A stretch of DNA of 64,000 nucleotides from an uncultured Deinococcaceae bacterium (GTDB taxonomy: Bacteria; Deinococcota; Deinococci; Deinococcales; Deinococcaceae), in the NCBI GenBank assembly GCA_964252075.1, contig CAXULY010000012.1, positions 1 to 64,000 on the forward strand. Direction: 5' to 3'. The stretch's first letter is position 1; every line of letters starts with the position of its first letter. The translations under genes and the position numbers were made by a program. Shown in pieces: positions 41,542 through 51,126 of the stretch. The notes under the pieces were generated by a model that did no database searches, was not told the DNA's origin, and saw nothing but the letters and a program-made list of their open reading frames with translations.

Positions 41542-42135
41542 GTGATCGCTTACTTGAGTGGCCTCGTGCGGGAGTTGCGCGAGGCGAGCGCGGTGGTGCT
41601 GGCGGGCGGCGTGGGGTACGAGGTGTGGTGCCCCGCCGGGACGCTCGGGCGCCTCACCGTGAACGGTCAGGCGGAGTTGCACACGCGCCTGATCGTGCGC
41701 GAGGACGCCTGGACCCTGTACGGCTTCGTGGACACGGACAGCGCGCGCCTCTTCGACCTGCTCACGAGCGTGACGGGCGTCGGGCCGAAGCTCGCGCTGG
41801 CGCTCCTCTCGACGCTCGCGCCGAACGTGCTGGCGGCAGGCCTCGTGCAGGGGGACGCGAAGCTCCTGGCGAGCGTGTCCGGGGTGGGCAAGAAGACCGC
41901 CGAGCGCCTCGTGCTGGAGTTGCAGAACAAGGTGCCGGAGCACCTCCTGGCCACGCAGGGCGGCGCCAGGACCGTGATGGTGGCGGGCACCGCCGGGCAG
42001 GACGCGGTGGAGGCGCTGCTGGCGCTGGGCTTCCGGGAGGCGCAGGTGCGCGGCGTGGTGAGTGAGCTGTTCGCGGCGGACCCGCAGCAGAGTGCGGACG
42101 CGCTGATCCGCAAGGCGCTGGGTCGGTTGCGCTAG
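41542..42135 (+). CDS. ruvA: Holliday junction branch migration protein RuvA
   Basis: IAYLSG, GGVGYEV, VREDA..LYGF, GVGPKLAL, GVGKKTAERL; alternative start 41533. Confidence 0.96.
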   Translation: MIAYLSGLVRELREASAVVLAGGVGYEVWCPAGTLGRLTVNGQAELHTRLIVREDAWTLYGFVDTDSARLFDLLTSVTGVGPKLALALLSTLAPNVLAAGLVQGDAKLLASVSGVGKKTAERLVLELQNKVPEHLLATQGGARTVMVAGTAGQDAVEALLALGFREAQVRGVVSELFAADPQQSADALIRKALGRLR

Positions 42136-42136
42136 C

Positions 42137-43297
42137 GTGACGCGTCGGCTGCGGTTCACCAGTCAGGGCGGCTCCGACGACCGCCGGGTGACGTGGCTGG
42201 AGTTGTTCTTCGACCTCGTGTACGTCGCGGCGTTCGGGGAGATCGCCCTGCGGCTGGAGAAGGTGGACGCCGCGCACGCCGTGACGTTCGCGGTGTTCTT
42301 CGCGGCGGCGTGGTTCTCGTGGCTGGCGAACACCCTGTTCGCGGCGCGCTACGGGAACGACTCGCGCGCGTACAGCGCCGCCACCCTGGTGCAGATGCTG
42401 GCGCTCGGTGCGGTGGCGGCGGCGGCGTCCGGGGAGCTGCGGGAGTACGCCCCCATGCTGGCGCTCGCGTACGCCGTGGGGCGTGGGGCGCTCGCGGCGC
42501 TGCACCTCTCCGCGCGCGGGGAGGGCGCGCGCCTCGCGCGGCGCCTGGCGGGCGTACAGGCGGTCACGTCGCTGCTGTGGCTGATCTCGGTGTTCGTGGA
42601 CGGCACGCCGCGCGCGGTGCTGTGGGGGGCCGCGCTGCTCATTGACCTGAGCGGCCCGCTGTTCACGCTGCGGCGCCAGGGCCGCACGCTGCCGCACGAG
42701 GCGCACCTCCCGGAGCGCCTGGGGCAGCTGTACATCGTGGTGCTGGGCGTGGTGGTGACGGAGATCGTGAAGGGCGCCGCCGAGCAGCCCTTCTCGTGGC
42801 TGGCGCAGCTGCCGCCCGCGCTGGGGCTGATCGCGGTGATCGCGCTGTGGCAGGCGTACTTCGAGAGCACCAGCAGCACGCCCGTGCGGGCCGCCGAGCA
42901 GCAGGGCCGCAGCGGCGCGCTGGAGGCGTGGCTGTACCTGCACCTGCCCCTGATGGGCGCCCTCACGGCGCTCGGCGCGGGCCTGGGTCACACCGCCGCG
43001 GAGCGCGCGGAGAACGGCCTGGTGGGCGTCACGCTGGGCGTGGCGTTCCTGGCACTTGCGGCGCTGCGCCTCATCGCCGAGAGTTACTTCGGGCGGCGCG
43101 GCGATCCCCTCACGGTGTACCTCGCGGCGGCCGGGCTGCTGGGCGGCGCGCTCGCGGTGTGGATGCACCCCAGCCGCCTGTATCTCACGCTGCTCGTCGC
43201 GGTGGTATGCCTGGGCGCCACGCTCGTGGCGGCGCTCAGTCCGCGCGCGCAGCGCGTCAACGACCAGCTGCAGGAGGAGAGCGCCAGCGAGGAGTGA
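42137..43297 (+). CDS. low temperature requirement protein A (LtrA) family membrane protein
   Basis: VTWLELFFDLVYV, HLPERLG...I.VLG, YLHLPL. Confidence 0.9.
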   Translation: MTRRLRFTSQGGSDDRRVTWLELFFDLVYVAAFGEIALRLEKVDAAHAVTFAVFFAAAWFSWLANTLFAARYGNDSRAYSAATLVQMLALGAVAAAASGELREYAPMLALAYAVGRGALAALHLSARGEGARLARRLAGVQAVTSLLWLISVFVDGTPRAVLWGAALLIDLSGPLFTLRRQGRTLPHEAHLPERLGQLYIVVLGVVVTEIVKGAAEQPFSWLAQLPPALGLIAVIALWQAYFESTSSTPVRAAEQQGRSGALEAWLYLHLPLMGALTALGAGLGHTAAERAENGLVGVTLGVAFLALAALRLIAESYFGRRGDPLTVYLAAAGLLGGALAVWMHPSRLYLTLLVAVVCLGATLVAALSPRAQRVNDQLQEESASEE

Positions 43298-43361
43298 GCG
43301 GGGGCATCATCTGGCAGCGTTCCTACGGTCCCGGCGGGGTGCGCGTGCTGAGCTTGGTGGC

Positions 43362-43991
43362 ATGGCAACCCTCATCATTGGCGCGACGGGCGGCATCGGC
43401 GCGGCGCTGGCCCGCGCCGCGCAGGACCGGCCCCTCACCCTCTCCGGACGCGACGAGGCGCGCCTCACGGCGCTGGCGGGCGAGCTGGGCGCGACCGCCA
43501 GGGTGGCGGACCTGGGGTACGAGAGTCATGTCACGCGGCTCTTCGAGGGGCTTACGGGCCCGCTCGACACCCTGATGTACGCGGCGGGTTCCGCGTTCCC
43601 GGAGCCGCTGAAGGACGCGGGCGCGAAGGCCACCCGTGAGGTGTGGAACGCGAACTACTTCGGGGCGCTGTGGACCCTGAAGTGCGGCCTGCCGAGGCTC
43701 GCGCCGGGCGGACGGGTGTACTTCATCGGGGCGCGGCCCGAGCTGGTCACGGCGCGCGGCTTCGGGCAGTACGCGGCGAGCAAGGCGGCCCTCGCGCGCC
43801 TGCTGGACGTCACGCGACTGGAGGCGCGCGGGGTGGGGCTCACGCTGGTCCTGCCGCCCGCCGTGAACACCGGGCTGTGGAATCAGGTGGGGCGCGCACC
43901 GAAGGGCGCGCTGGACCCGCAGGCGGTGGCGGACGCCCTCTGGCAGGACCGCGCGCAGCCCCAGGCGCAGCCGGAACTGCGCGTGGACTGA
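43362..43991 (+). CDS. short-chain dehydrogenase (SDR)
   Basis: IIGATGGIG, YAAG, YAASKAAL, PPAVNT. Confidence 0.88.
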   Translation: MATLIIGATGGIGAALARAAQDRPLTLSGRDEARLTALAGELGATARVADLGYESHVTRLFEGLTGPLDTLMYAAGSAFPEPLKDAGAKATREVWNANYFGALWTLKCGLPRLAPGGRVYFIGARPELVTARGFGQYAASKAALARLLDVTRLEARGVGLTLVLPPAVNTGLWNQVGRAPKGALDPQAVADALWQDRAQPQAQPELRVD

Positions 43992-43993
43992 CC

Positions 43994-44594
43994 TTACTGG
44001 CGGTTGCGTTCCAGCATGGCGACCTCCACCAGCGCGATCGCGGCGAGGTCGTCACTCACCCCGACGGGCGGCGTCCCGACGCGCTCCAGCAGGAAGTGGC
44101 GCGCCACGAAGGAGCGGCGTTTCACGATGCGGTACACGTCCGCGCCGTCCGGGGCCTGCACGCGGTACCAGGGGTTGATGAACATCGCGACGAGCGGCCC
44201 GACGAGGGGCACCTCGTCCAGCAGGGTGTCAATGACCTTCGTCCAGGGGTTGGCCTCCTGGATGTGCAGCAGGGCCTCGCCGTGCGCGTCCGTCACGTCG
44301 TAGCGGGCGCGCCAGAGGCTGCGCAGGCCCGCCGCGCGCACGCTGCCCACCACGTGGTCGTCCTTGAGGCGGGTGATGGTGTGCACCGCGCGGAAGCCCG
44401 TGATGCGGTCGGCCTTCATGCGGTACAGCGGCACCGTCTTCTCCTGGTCGGCGTAGATGGTGGTGTCCTCGCGCAGCGTCAGGAGCTTCTGCTTCACCTG
44501 CATGAGGAGCGCGCCGCTGGCGTCCGTCACCTGCACCTCGGGGGACAGGGGTAATCACGCGGAAGGTGGCCGTCAGGGGGTAATTGTGGGGCAC
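43994..44594 (-). pseudogene. LURP-one/scramblase-like protein with a frameshift near the 5' end
   Basis: N-terminus MPHNYPLTATFRVIT is in a different frame from EVQVTDASG...VKQKLLTLRED; removing one C at 44548-44551 joins them. Confidence 0.7.
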
Positions 44595-44639
44595 GTCACG
44601 CAGTATGCCGGGACAGCAGGCCGCGGACGGCGCAAATGA

Positions 44640-44665
44640 AGGGGCCCGCCGCGCGGCGGGCCCCT
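44640..44665 (-). terminator. terminator hairpin after pruA
   Basis: AGGGGCCCGCC-GCGC-GGCGGGCCCCT stem. Confidence 0.6.
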
Positions 44666-44681
44666 CCCCTGTTTTGTTCCC

Positions 44682-46253
44682 TTACCAGCGCTCGGTGACG
44701 GCCTTGAGCTGCAGGAAGTTCGCGAGGTAATCCGGGCCGCCCGCCTTGGAGTCCGTGCCGCTCATGTTGTACCCGCCGAACGGCTGCACACCCACGATGG
44801 CGCCCGTGATCTTGCGGTTGAAGTACAGGTTGCCCGCCTCGAATTCGCGGCGCGCCTGCTCCAGCCGCGCGCGGTTGCGGCTGCACACGCCGCCCGTCAG
44901 GCCGTACTCCGTGCTGTTCGCGATCTCCAGCGCGTGCTCCCAGTCACGGGCGCGCAGGACCGTCACGACCGGCCCGAAGATCTCCTCCTGCGCGATGCGC
45001 GCGTGCATGTCCACGTCCCCGATGATGGTGGGCTGGATGTAGTATCCCTGCCGTCCGTTCGCCTCGCCGGGCGCCTCACCGCCCGTCAGGAGCTTGCCTT
45101 CCTGCGGGGCAAGCTCCAGGTAGCCCTTGATCTTGCCGAAGCTCTCCTCGTTCACGACGGCGGTGACGTTGGCGTTCTCCTCGCCCGTCCCGACCTTCAG
45201 GGCCTGCGCGCGCTCCACGAAGCGGCTCACGATGTCGTCGTACACCGCGTCCACCACGATCAGGCGGCTCATGGCGCTGCACTTCTGCCCGTTGAAGCCG
45301 AACGCGCCCTGCACGGCGGCCGTCACGGCGACCTCCGGGTCGGCGGTCTCGTCCACGATCATGGCGTCCTTGCCGCCGAGCTCCAGGATGACCTTCTTGA
45401 TCCACTTCTGGCCGGGCTGCACCTTCGCGGCGACCTCGTTGATGTGCAGGCCCACCGCGCGCGAGCCCGTGAAGGTGATGAAGCGCGTCTTGGCGTGCCG
45501 CACGAGGTAATCGCCGACTTCCTCGCCGAGGCCCGGCAGGAACTGCAGGACGCCCGCGGGCAGGCCCGCCTCGACCAAGATGTCCACCATGAAGCCCGCG
45601 ATGAGGCCGCTGTCCTCGGCGGGCTTCGCGATCACGCAGTTGCCCGCCGCGATGGGCGCCGCGAGCATGCCCGTGAAGATCGCGCACGGGAAGTTCCAGG
45701 GGCTGATGCTGACGCCCACGCCGAGCGGCAGGTACATCAGGCCGTTCTCCTCGCCCGCGAACCACGTGGTGTCGGCGGCGCCGAACCCGTCGTACTTCAT
45801 GGCGCTGCGCGCGTAGTACTCCAGGAAGTCAATGCACTCCGCGACCTCCACGTCCGCCTCGGCGTAGTTCTTCCCGACCTCCAGCGTCATGAGGGCGCAC
45901 GCCTCCAGGCGGCGGCGCTTCAGGATCGCGGCGGCCTTCAGCAGGATGCGGGCGCGGGCGTCCGCACTCCAGGTCTTCCAGTCCGCGAAGGCCGCCCAGG
46001 CGGTCTGCAGGGCGCGCTCGGCGTGCTCGGTGGTGGCCTTCGCGGTGGTGCCCACCACCTCGCTGGTGTCGCAGGGGTTCACGCTGGTGAGCTTCTCGGG
46101 CGTGTCCACCCGCTCGCCGTTGATGATGAGCGGGTAGTGGTGGCCGAGCAGTTCGGCGCGCACCTTCTGCAGGGCGGCCTGGTAGGCCTGCGCGTTCTCG
46201 GGGCGGGTGAAGTCGGTGAAGTCCTGCGGGCGGTAGTCTTCAACTTTGATCAT
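44682..46253 (-). CDS. pruA: L-glutamate gamma-semialdehyde (P5C) dehydrogenase
   Basis: [43 protein letters not shown]; next to proline dehydrogenase. Confidence 0.95.
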   Translation of the reverse strand: MIKVEDYRPQDFTDFTRPENAQAYQAALQKVRAELLGHHYPLIINGERVDTPEKLTSVNPCDTSEVVGTTAKATTEHAERALQTAWAAFADWKTWSADARARILLKAAAILKRRRLEACALMTLEVGKNYAEADVEVAECIDFLEYYARSAMKYDGFGAADTTWFAGEENGLMYLPLGVGVSISPWNFPCAIFTGMLAAPIAAGNCVIAKPAEDSGLIAGFMVDILVEAGLPAGVLQFLPGLGEEVGDYLVRHAKTRFITFTGSRAVGLHINEVAAKVQPGQKWIKKVILELGGKDAMIVDETADPEVAVTAAVQGAFGFNGQKCSAMSRLIVVDAVYDDIVSRFVERAQALKVGTGEENANVTAVVNEESFGKIKGYLELAPQEGKLLTGGEAPGEANGRQGYYIQPTIIGDVDMHARIAQEEIFGPVVTVLRARDWEHALEIANSTEYGLTGGVCSRNRARLEQARREFEAGNLYFNRKITGAIVGVQPFGGYNMSGTDSKAGGPDYLANFLQLKAVTERW

Positions 46254-46262
46254 GGGGTCCTC

Positions 46263-46691
46263 TCAGGTGTGGTTCCAGCGGCATTCGGCGAACAGCAGGC
46301 CGAGGTGCGTTGAGTCGGTGATCAGCACGCCCGCGCCGTGCGGCGCGTCGGACCGCAGGCAGGCGTGCCGGGCGCCCGGTTGAAACAGCGCCAGGAAGGC
46401 GCGCGCGAGACAGCGGCGGGTGCGTTTCGGGCCGCCCAACGCGCCGTTCAGGGTGGCGCGCGCCTGCCGCGCGGTGGCGGGGCGAAGTTGAACCGGGAAG
46501 TCGAGGGTGCCGAGCAGCTGCCGGAGGGCCGCTTCCGGCCGCCCGTGGTGCGCGGGGGCGGCGCGCGTCAGGCTGCGCACGCCGCCCAGCGCGCCGAGCG
46601 CGCGGGCCACGGGCCAGAAGCCAGCGGGCTCAGGGGCGGTCGGCTCCGCCTCCACCCACAGCCCGCAGCGGCGCACCCAGGCCCCGTCCAT
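46263..46691 (-). CDS. hypothetical protein within the proline utilisation operon
   Basis: ATG directly abuts the upstream stop; ORF fills the gap to pruA. Confidence 0.55.
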   Translation of the reverse strand: MDGAWVRRCGLWVEAEPTAPEPAGFWPVARALGALGGVRSLTRAAPAHHGRPEAALRQLLGTLDFPVQLRPATARQARATLNGALGGPKRTRRCLARAFLALFQPGARHACLRSDAPHGAGVLITDSTHLGLLFAECRWNHT

Positions 46692-47624
46692 TCAGCCTTT
46701 CAGCATGCCGCGCAGCACGAACATGACGTTCGCGGGGCGCTCCGCGATGCGGCGGGAGAAGTACGCGTACCAGTCGCGGCCGTAGGGGATGTACGCGCGC
46801 ACGCGGTAGCCCTGCTCGGCCAGTTGCTTCTGAAGGTCGCGGCGGATGCCGTACAGCATCTGGAATTCGAAGGCGTCCTTGCTGATGCCGTGCGCGAGGA
46901 CGAAGTGCTGCACGTCCCCGATGATCTTCTCGTCGTGCGTGGCGACGTTCGTGTAGTTTCCGGCCTTCAGGTTGGCGTACACGAGGCGGCGGTACGCGGC
47001 GTCCACGTCGGGCTTGTCGGGGTACGCGACCGTCTCGGGTTCGAGGTAGGCGCCCTTCACGATGCGCAGGTTGGGCTTCAGGTCGTCGAGGCCCGCGCGG
47101 TCGGTTTCGCTGCGGTACAGGTAGCTCTGCAGGACGGTGCCGACCGTGTCGTGCCCGAACTCCCCGACGAGGGTGCGGAACTGCGCGAGCGTCACGTCCA
47201 CGCGGGTGTGGTCCTCCATGTCGAGGCACACGAAGCCGCCGAGCGCCTTGGCGCGCGTGAGGATGCGCCGGGCGTTCGTGAGGCCGAGGTCCTCGCCGTT
47301 CACGGTGAGGCCCTGCCCGACGCTGGAGAGCTTCACGCTGGCGTACACGGGGAGGCCCGCCGCGCCGCTGGCATCGAGGAGGTTCAGGACGTTCTGCGCG
47401 AACTCGTTGCACTTCTCGGGGGAGTCAATGAACTCGCCGAGCAGGTCGAGGTTGCTCAGGATGCCCTGCTCGCGCAGTTCCGCGACGGCGCTGAGGGCCG
47501 TCTGGATGTCCTCGCCCGCCACGAAGCGCTGCGCGACGCCCCAGGCGCGCGCGCGGACGAGCTGCTCGACGGGCTTCTGGGTGGCGACGCCCAGCACGGT
47601 GGAGCGGTAGATGCGGTCGAACAT
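46692..47624 (-). CDS. proline dehydrogenase (monofunctional)
   Basis: [52 protein letters not shown]. Confidence 0.95.
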   Translation of the reverse strand: MFDRIYRSTVLGVATQKPVEQLVRARAWGVAQRFVAGEDIQTALSAVAELREQGILSNLDLLGEFIDSPEKCNEFAQNVLNLLDASGAAGLPVYASVKLSSVGQGLTVNGEDLGLTNARRILTRAKALGGFVCLDMEDHTRVDVTLAQFRTLVGEFGHDTVGTVLQSYLYRSETDRAGLDDLKPNLRIVKGAYLEPETVAYPDKPDVDAAYRRLVYANLKAGNYTNVATHDEKIIGDVQHFVLAHGISKDAFEFQMLYGIRRDLQKQLAEQGYRVRAYIPYGRDWYAYFSRRIAERPANVMFVLRGMLKG

Positions 47625-48304
47625 TAATGGCCTCCAGTGGCGCCGCGTGGGGCGCCGGTCTGCATGTCGAGCAGGTCGCGTTCCATGAGGGCGGCGAAGG
47701 TCAGGACGTGGTGGCGGGCGGCGGCGTGCGCGGCGCCCTCGTCGCGGGCGAGCACGGCGTCCAGGAGGGCGCGGTGCTGACGAGAGGTGTCGGGGTGCGC
47801 GTTGTACGTGCCGGTCTGGTGCTTGATGAGCGCGACGCGCTGTTCGAGGTCGCGGGCGAGGTCGAGCAGCGTGACGTTGTGTGCGGCCTGCGTGATGGCG
47901 CGGTGGAAGGTGAGGTCGAGGCGCGTCTGGAGGCGGTGGTCGCCGCTCGGGGCGCCTTCGAGGGTGTTCAGGGCGTCCTGCAGCGCGCGGGCGTCCGCCT
48001 GGTCGTGCTGGCGGGCGGCGAGTTCGGCGGCGAGCGCGTCGAGGGTGGCGCGCACGGTGTAGGTGTCGCGCGCCTCGCTGAGGCTGAGGCGGCGCACCCA
48101 CACGCCGCGGTTGGCGCTGGCTTCCAGCAGGCCGTCCTGCACGAGGCGCTGGATGGCCTCGCGGATGGGGGTGCGGCTGACGCCGAGCCGGGCGCTGAGG
48201 TCCGCTTCGGCGAGCTTGTCGCCCGGCTGGAGTTCGCCGGACAGGATGAGGTCGCGCAGGTGCGTGTACACCTCCTCGCGAATCAGCGTGGGTCGCTCGA
48301 ACAT
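47624..48304 (-). CDS. GntR/FadR family transcriptional regulator
   Basis: [27 protein letters not shown]-like FH..I; TAATG overlap with proline dehydrogenase. Confidence 0.93.
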   Translation of the reverse strand: MFERPTLIREEVYTHLRDLILSGELQPGDKLAEADLSARLGVSRTPIREAIQRLVQDGLLEASANRGVWVRRLSLSEARDTYTVRATLDALAAELAARQHDQADARALQDALNTLEGAPSGDHRLQTRLDLTFHRAITQAAHNVTLLDLARDLEQRVALIKHQTGTYNAHPDTSRQHRALLDAVLARDEGAAHAAARHHVLTFAALMERDLLDMQTGAPRGATGGH

Positions 48305-48306
48305 CC

Positions 48307-48323
48307 TTGGATATTGTATCCAA
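48307..48323. promoter_or_regulatory. GntR operator-like palindrome overlapping -10 (TACAAT)
   Basis: TTGGATA-TTG-TATCCAA perfect 7-bp inverted repeat immediately upstream of the gntR ATG. Confidence 0.7.
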
Positions 48324-48430
48324 TCTTTGTGAGACCGCAAGCGGTCGCACTGACCGTCACGGACACAGTCCGCGCTGCACCAGAGCGGCGGGGCGGCCCA
48401 CCGCGCCGCCCCGCCGCTCCCGTCGCGCGG

Positions 48431-48985
48431 TCAGTAATACAGGATGTCCCAGTGGTTCGCCCAGTACTCGTCGGCGTAGATGTTGCCCGCCGCGCTCTGG
48501 TAGCGCGGCGCCCCGTCGCTGCGGTTGCTGATGTGCGCGAACGACGACGTGACGTAGCTGTTGATGCAGCTGGTCTTGGCGATGTCGAGCTTGTAGCCGT
48601 TGTAGTGGCTGTACGTGCCGCTGGCGTGCCCCACCTCGGTGCCGCCCGTGATGGTGATGGCGCACCCGCTGGCGTTTTTCAGGGTGATGATGCCGTCGAT
48701 GGTGCCGCTGTTCACCTGCTCCAGGCTGGTGCAGGTGCTCACGCTGCGGGTGCTGCAGTTGCCGCTGCTGCGCACCGCGATGCCCGCCGCGGTCACGCGC
48801 GCGCGGGCGGTGGCGTCGCTGAGCTTCGTGCCGCTCTGCGCGCTCAGCGTGAAGCCGTCCGGGAGGGCGTCCTGGGCGTCCTGCACCACGGCGGGCGCGG
48901 GCTGTTCGGGCGCGGCGGGCTGGTTGAGCTGGCCGCAGGCGGCGAGGGCGAGGACGGCGGCAGGCAGGAGGATCAGTGGTCGCAT
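48431..48985 (-). CDS. lipoprotein with putative LAS/M15-like zinc peptidase domain
   Basis: Lipobox LAAC; ITGGTE.GH, H-x6-D (HYNGYKLD), terminal HWD; RBS AAGGAG. Confidence 0.7.
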   Translation of the reverse strand: MRPLILLPAAVLALAACGQLNQPAAPEQPAPAVVQDAQDALPDGFTLSAQSGTKLSDATARARVTAAGIAVRSSGNCSTRSVSTCTSLEQVNSGTIDGIITLKNASGCAITITGGTEVGHASGTYSHYNGYKLDIAKTSCINSYVTSSFAHISNRSDGAPRYQSAAGNIYADEYWANHWDILYY

Positions 48986-49089
48986 GAGGGGGTGCTCCTT
49001 TCGCGTGCGCGGCCATCGTACCCACGTCCCGGGCGGGAACGCAAGCGGGGAGGGGACCGCGCGGTCCCCTCCCCCACCCGCCCCGCCTC

Positions 49090-49923
49090 CTACTCTTTCA
49101 GGAACGCCAGGAGCGCCTCGTTCACCTCTTCGGCGTGGGTCCATCCGATGGCGTGCGGGCCGTCCTTGATGGTCACGAGGCGGCTGTTCGGGAGGAGCGC
49201 GGGCAGGCGCGCGCCCGTCGAGGCGAGCGGCAGGATGCGGTCCGCCTCGCCGTGCACGACCAGCGTGGGCACATCGAACTTCGGGAGGTCCCCGCGGAAG
49301 TCCGTGAGCCACGTGGGCACGCACGCGAGCGTCCCCACGGGCGAGGCGCCCGCCGCGACGTTGAAGCTCATCTGGAGGGCCTCGGGCGTGATGCGCTCCG
49401 GGCCGAGCGCGTCCACGTTGTAGAAGTCCTTCAGGAAGGCCGTGAGGTACGAGGGGCGGTCCTTGCGGATGGCCGCCATGATGCCGTCAAACACCGACTG
49501 CGGCACGCCCTCGGGGTTGTCCGGCGTCTGCAGCAGGTACGGCGGGATGGGGCCCAGCAGCACCGCCTTCGCGACGCGCGCCGAGCCGTAGGTGCCCAGG
49601 TACCGCGTGACCTCGCCCGTGCCCATGGAGAACCCCACCAGCACGGCGTCCTGCAGGTCCAGCTGGGTCATGAGGGCGTTCAGGTCGGCGGCGAAGGTGT
49701 CGTAGTCGTACCCGACGGTGGGCTGGCTGCTGCGCCCGAAGCCGCGGCGGTCGTAGGTGATGACGCGGTGCCCCGCGTCGAGGAGCACCGGGAGTTGCTT
49801 CTCCCACGACGCGCCGCTGAGCGGGAAGCCGTGAATCAGCACGACAGGCTGCCCCGCGCCGTGGTCCTCATAGTACAGCTCGATGTCCGCGGAGTTCTCG
49901 GTCCCGACCTTCACGTACGGCAT
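49090..49923 (-). CDS. alpha/beta hydrolase (non-heme haloperoxidase/arylesterase-like)
   Basis: LIHGFPL, YDRRGFG.S, GFSMG, HG..DRILP, GPH. Confidence 0.92.
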   Translation of the reverse strand: MPYVKVGTENSADIELYYEDHGAGQPVVLIHGFPLSGASWEKQLPVLLDAGHRVITYDRRGFGRSSQPTVGYDYDTFAADLNALMTQLDLQDAVLVGFSMGTGEVTRYLGTYGSARVAKAVLLGPIPPYLLQTPDNPEGVPQSVFDGIMAAIRKDRPSYLTAFLKDFYNVDALGPERITPEALQMSFNVAAGASPVGTLACVPTWLTDFRGDLPKFDVPTLVVHGEADRILPLASTGARLPALLPNSRLVTIKDGPHAIGWTHAEEVNEALLAFLKE

Positions 49924-50026
49924 GTGGTTCCTCCTGAGTGGGTCATGGCGGGGCGCGCCAGCCCACGTGGGCTGGCGCCGCCGGGTGACGCCGACCGCAT
50001 CTGACCGCGGTCGCGTCAGGTGAGGG

Positions 50027-50467
50027 TCACTGGTTCAGGGTCGCTTCGACGGAGATGCGCACGTTGCCGCGCAGCGCGCCAGAGACGGGGCAGCCCTGCT
50101 CGGCCTGCTCGGCGTAGGTCTGGAACTGCGCCTGGTCGATGCCGTCCACCTGCCCCTGCACCTGCAGCACGATGGAGCCGATCTTGAAGCCGCCGCCGGA
50201 GGCGTCCATCTCCAGGGTGGCGTGCGTGGCGAGGCTGCGCGGCGCATGCCCCGCCTGCCCCAGCACGTTGCTGAGCGCCATGGTGAAGCAACCCGCGTGC
50301 GCCGCCGCGATGAGTTCCTCGGGATTGGTGCCGGGCTCGTCCTCGAAGCGGGTGCGGAAGCTGTAGGCGGTGTTCGTGAGGACGCCGCTGGGGGTGCTCA
50401 TGCGGCCGCTGCCGCTGCGGAGGTCGCCCTCCCACTGCGCGTCGGCATTGCGTTTGATGTTCGCCAT
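50027..50467 (-). CDS. osmC: OsmC family peroxiredoxin
   Basis: YSFRTRFE, GTNPEELIAAAHAGCF, CPVS. Confidence 0.92.
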   Translation of the reverse strand: MANIKRNADAQWEGDLRSGSGRMSTPSGVLTNTAYSFRTRFEDEPGTNPEELIAAAHAGCFTMALSNVLGQAGHAPRSLATHATLEMDASGGGFKIGSIVLQVQGQVDGIDQAQFQTYAEQAEQGCPVSGALRGNVRISVEATLNQ

Positions 50468-50529
50468 GTCCCGTCTCCTCTCTGCGTGCGGCGCGGCAGG
50501 GTCGCCGGACCGCACCTGCCCCCAAAACT

Positions 50530-50545
50530 ACTTTGCGTACAAAGT
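50530..50545. promoter_or_regulatory. MarR/OhrR operator-like palindrome
   Basis: ACTTTG-CGTA-CAAAGT between the divergent osmC and marR genes. Confidence 0.6.
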
Positions 50546-50613
50546 GATTGCAAGCGGTCCCGGCCCCGCCTGTGCGCTTCGTGAAGGGCGGCGGGCGTGC
50601 ATACTGGCAGCAC

Positions 50614-51093
50614 GTGCGCCGCGCCGCCCCCACTTCCACCGCGCCGTTGACCGCCAAGCAGCGGCTGGACGCCCACCTGTGCCTGGACCTGTACGTGGCG
50701 TCGCGCGCCATCATCGGGCTGTACCGGCCGCTGCTCGCCCCGCACGGCCTGACGTACCCGCAGTACCTCGTGCTGCTGGCGCTCTGGGAGCACGGGGCGC
50801 ACAGCGTGAAGGCGCTCGGCGCGCGGCTCTCGCTGGACGCCGGGACCCTCTCGCCGCTGCTGAAGCGCCTGGAGGCCGCCGGGTACCTCGTGCGGGAGCG
50901 GCAGGCGCGCGACGGGCGCGCCCTGCAGGTGGCCCTCACACCCGCCGGGGCGCAGTTGCAGGGCGCACTCGCGGGCGTGCCGCACGAGATCACCTGCGCG
51001 ACCGGGCTGGACGCGGCGCAGGTGCGGGCGCTGCAGGCCACCCTGCGGGACCTCACCGCGCGCCTCGCGGTGCGCGAGCCACCCACCCCCTAA
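50614..51093 (+). CDS. MarR family regulator (OhrR-like)
   Basis: HLCLDLY.ASR (sensing Cys position), GLTYPQYLVLL.LWE, GTLSPLLKRLE; start uncertain. Confidence 0.88.
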   Translation: MRRAAPTSTAPLTAKQRLDAHLCLDLYVASRAIIGLYRPLLAPHGLTYPQYLVLLALWEHGAHSVKALGARLSLDAGTLSPLLKRLEAAGYLVRERQARDGRALQVALTPAGAQLQGALAGVPHEITCATGLDAAQVRALQATLRDLTARLAVREPPTP

Positions 51094-51126
51094 CGCCGGA
51101 TTAACCGCCCTGCACCAGCATGGCGC

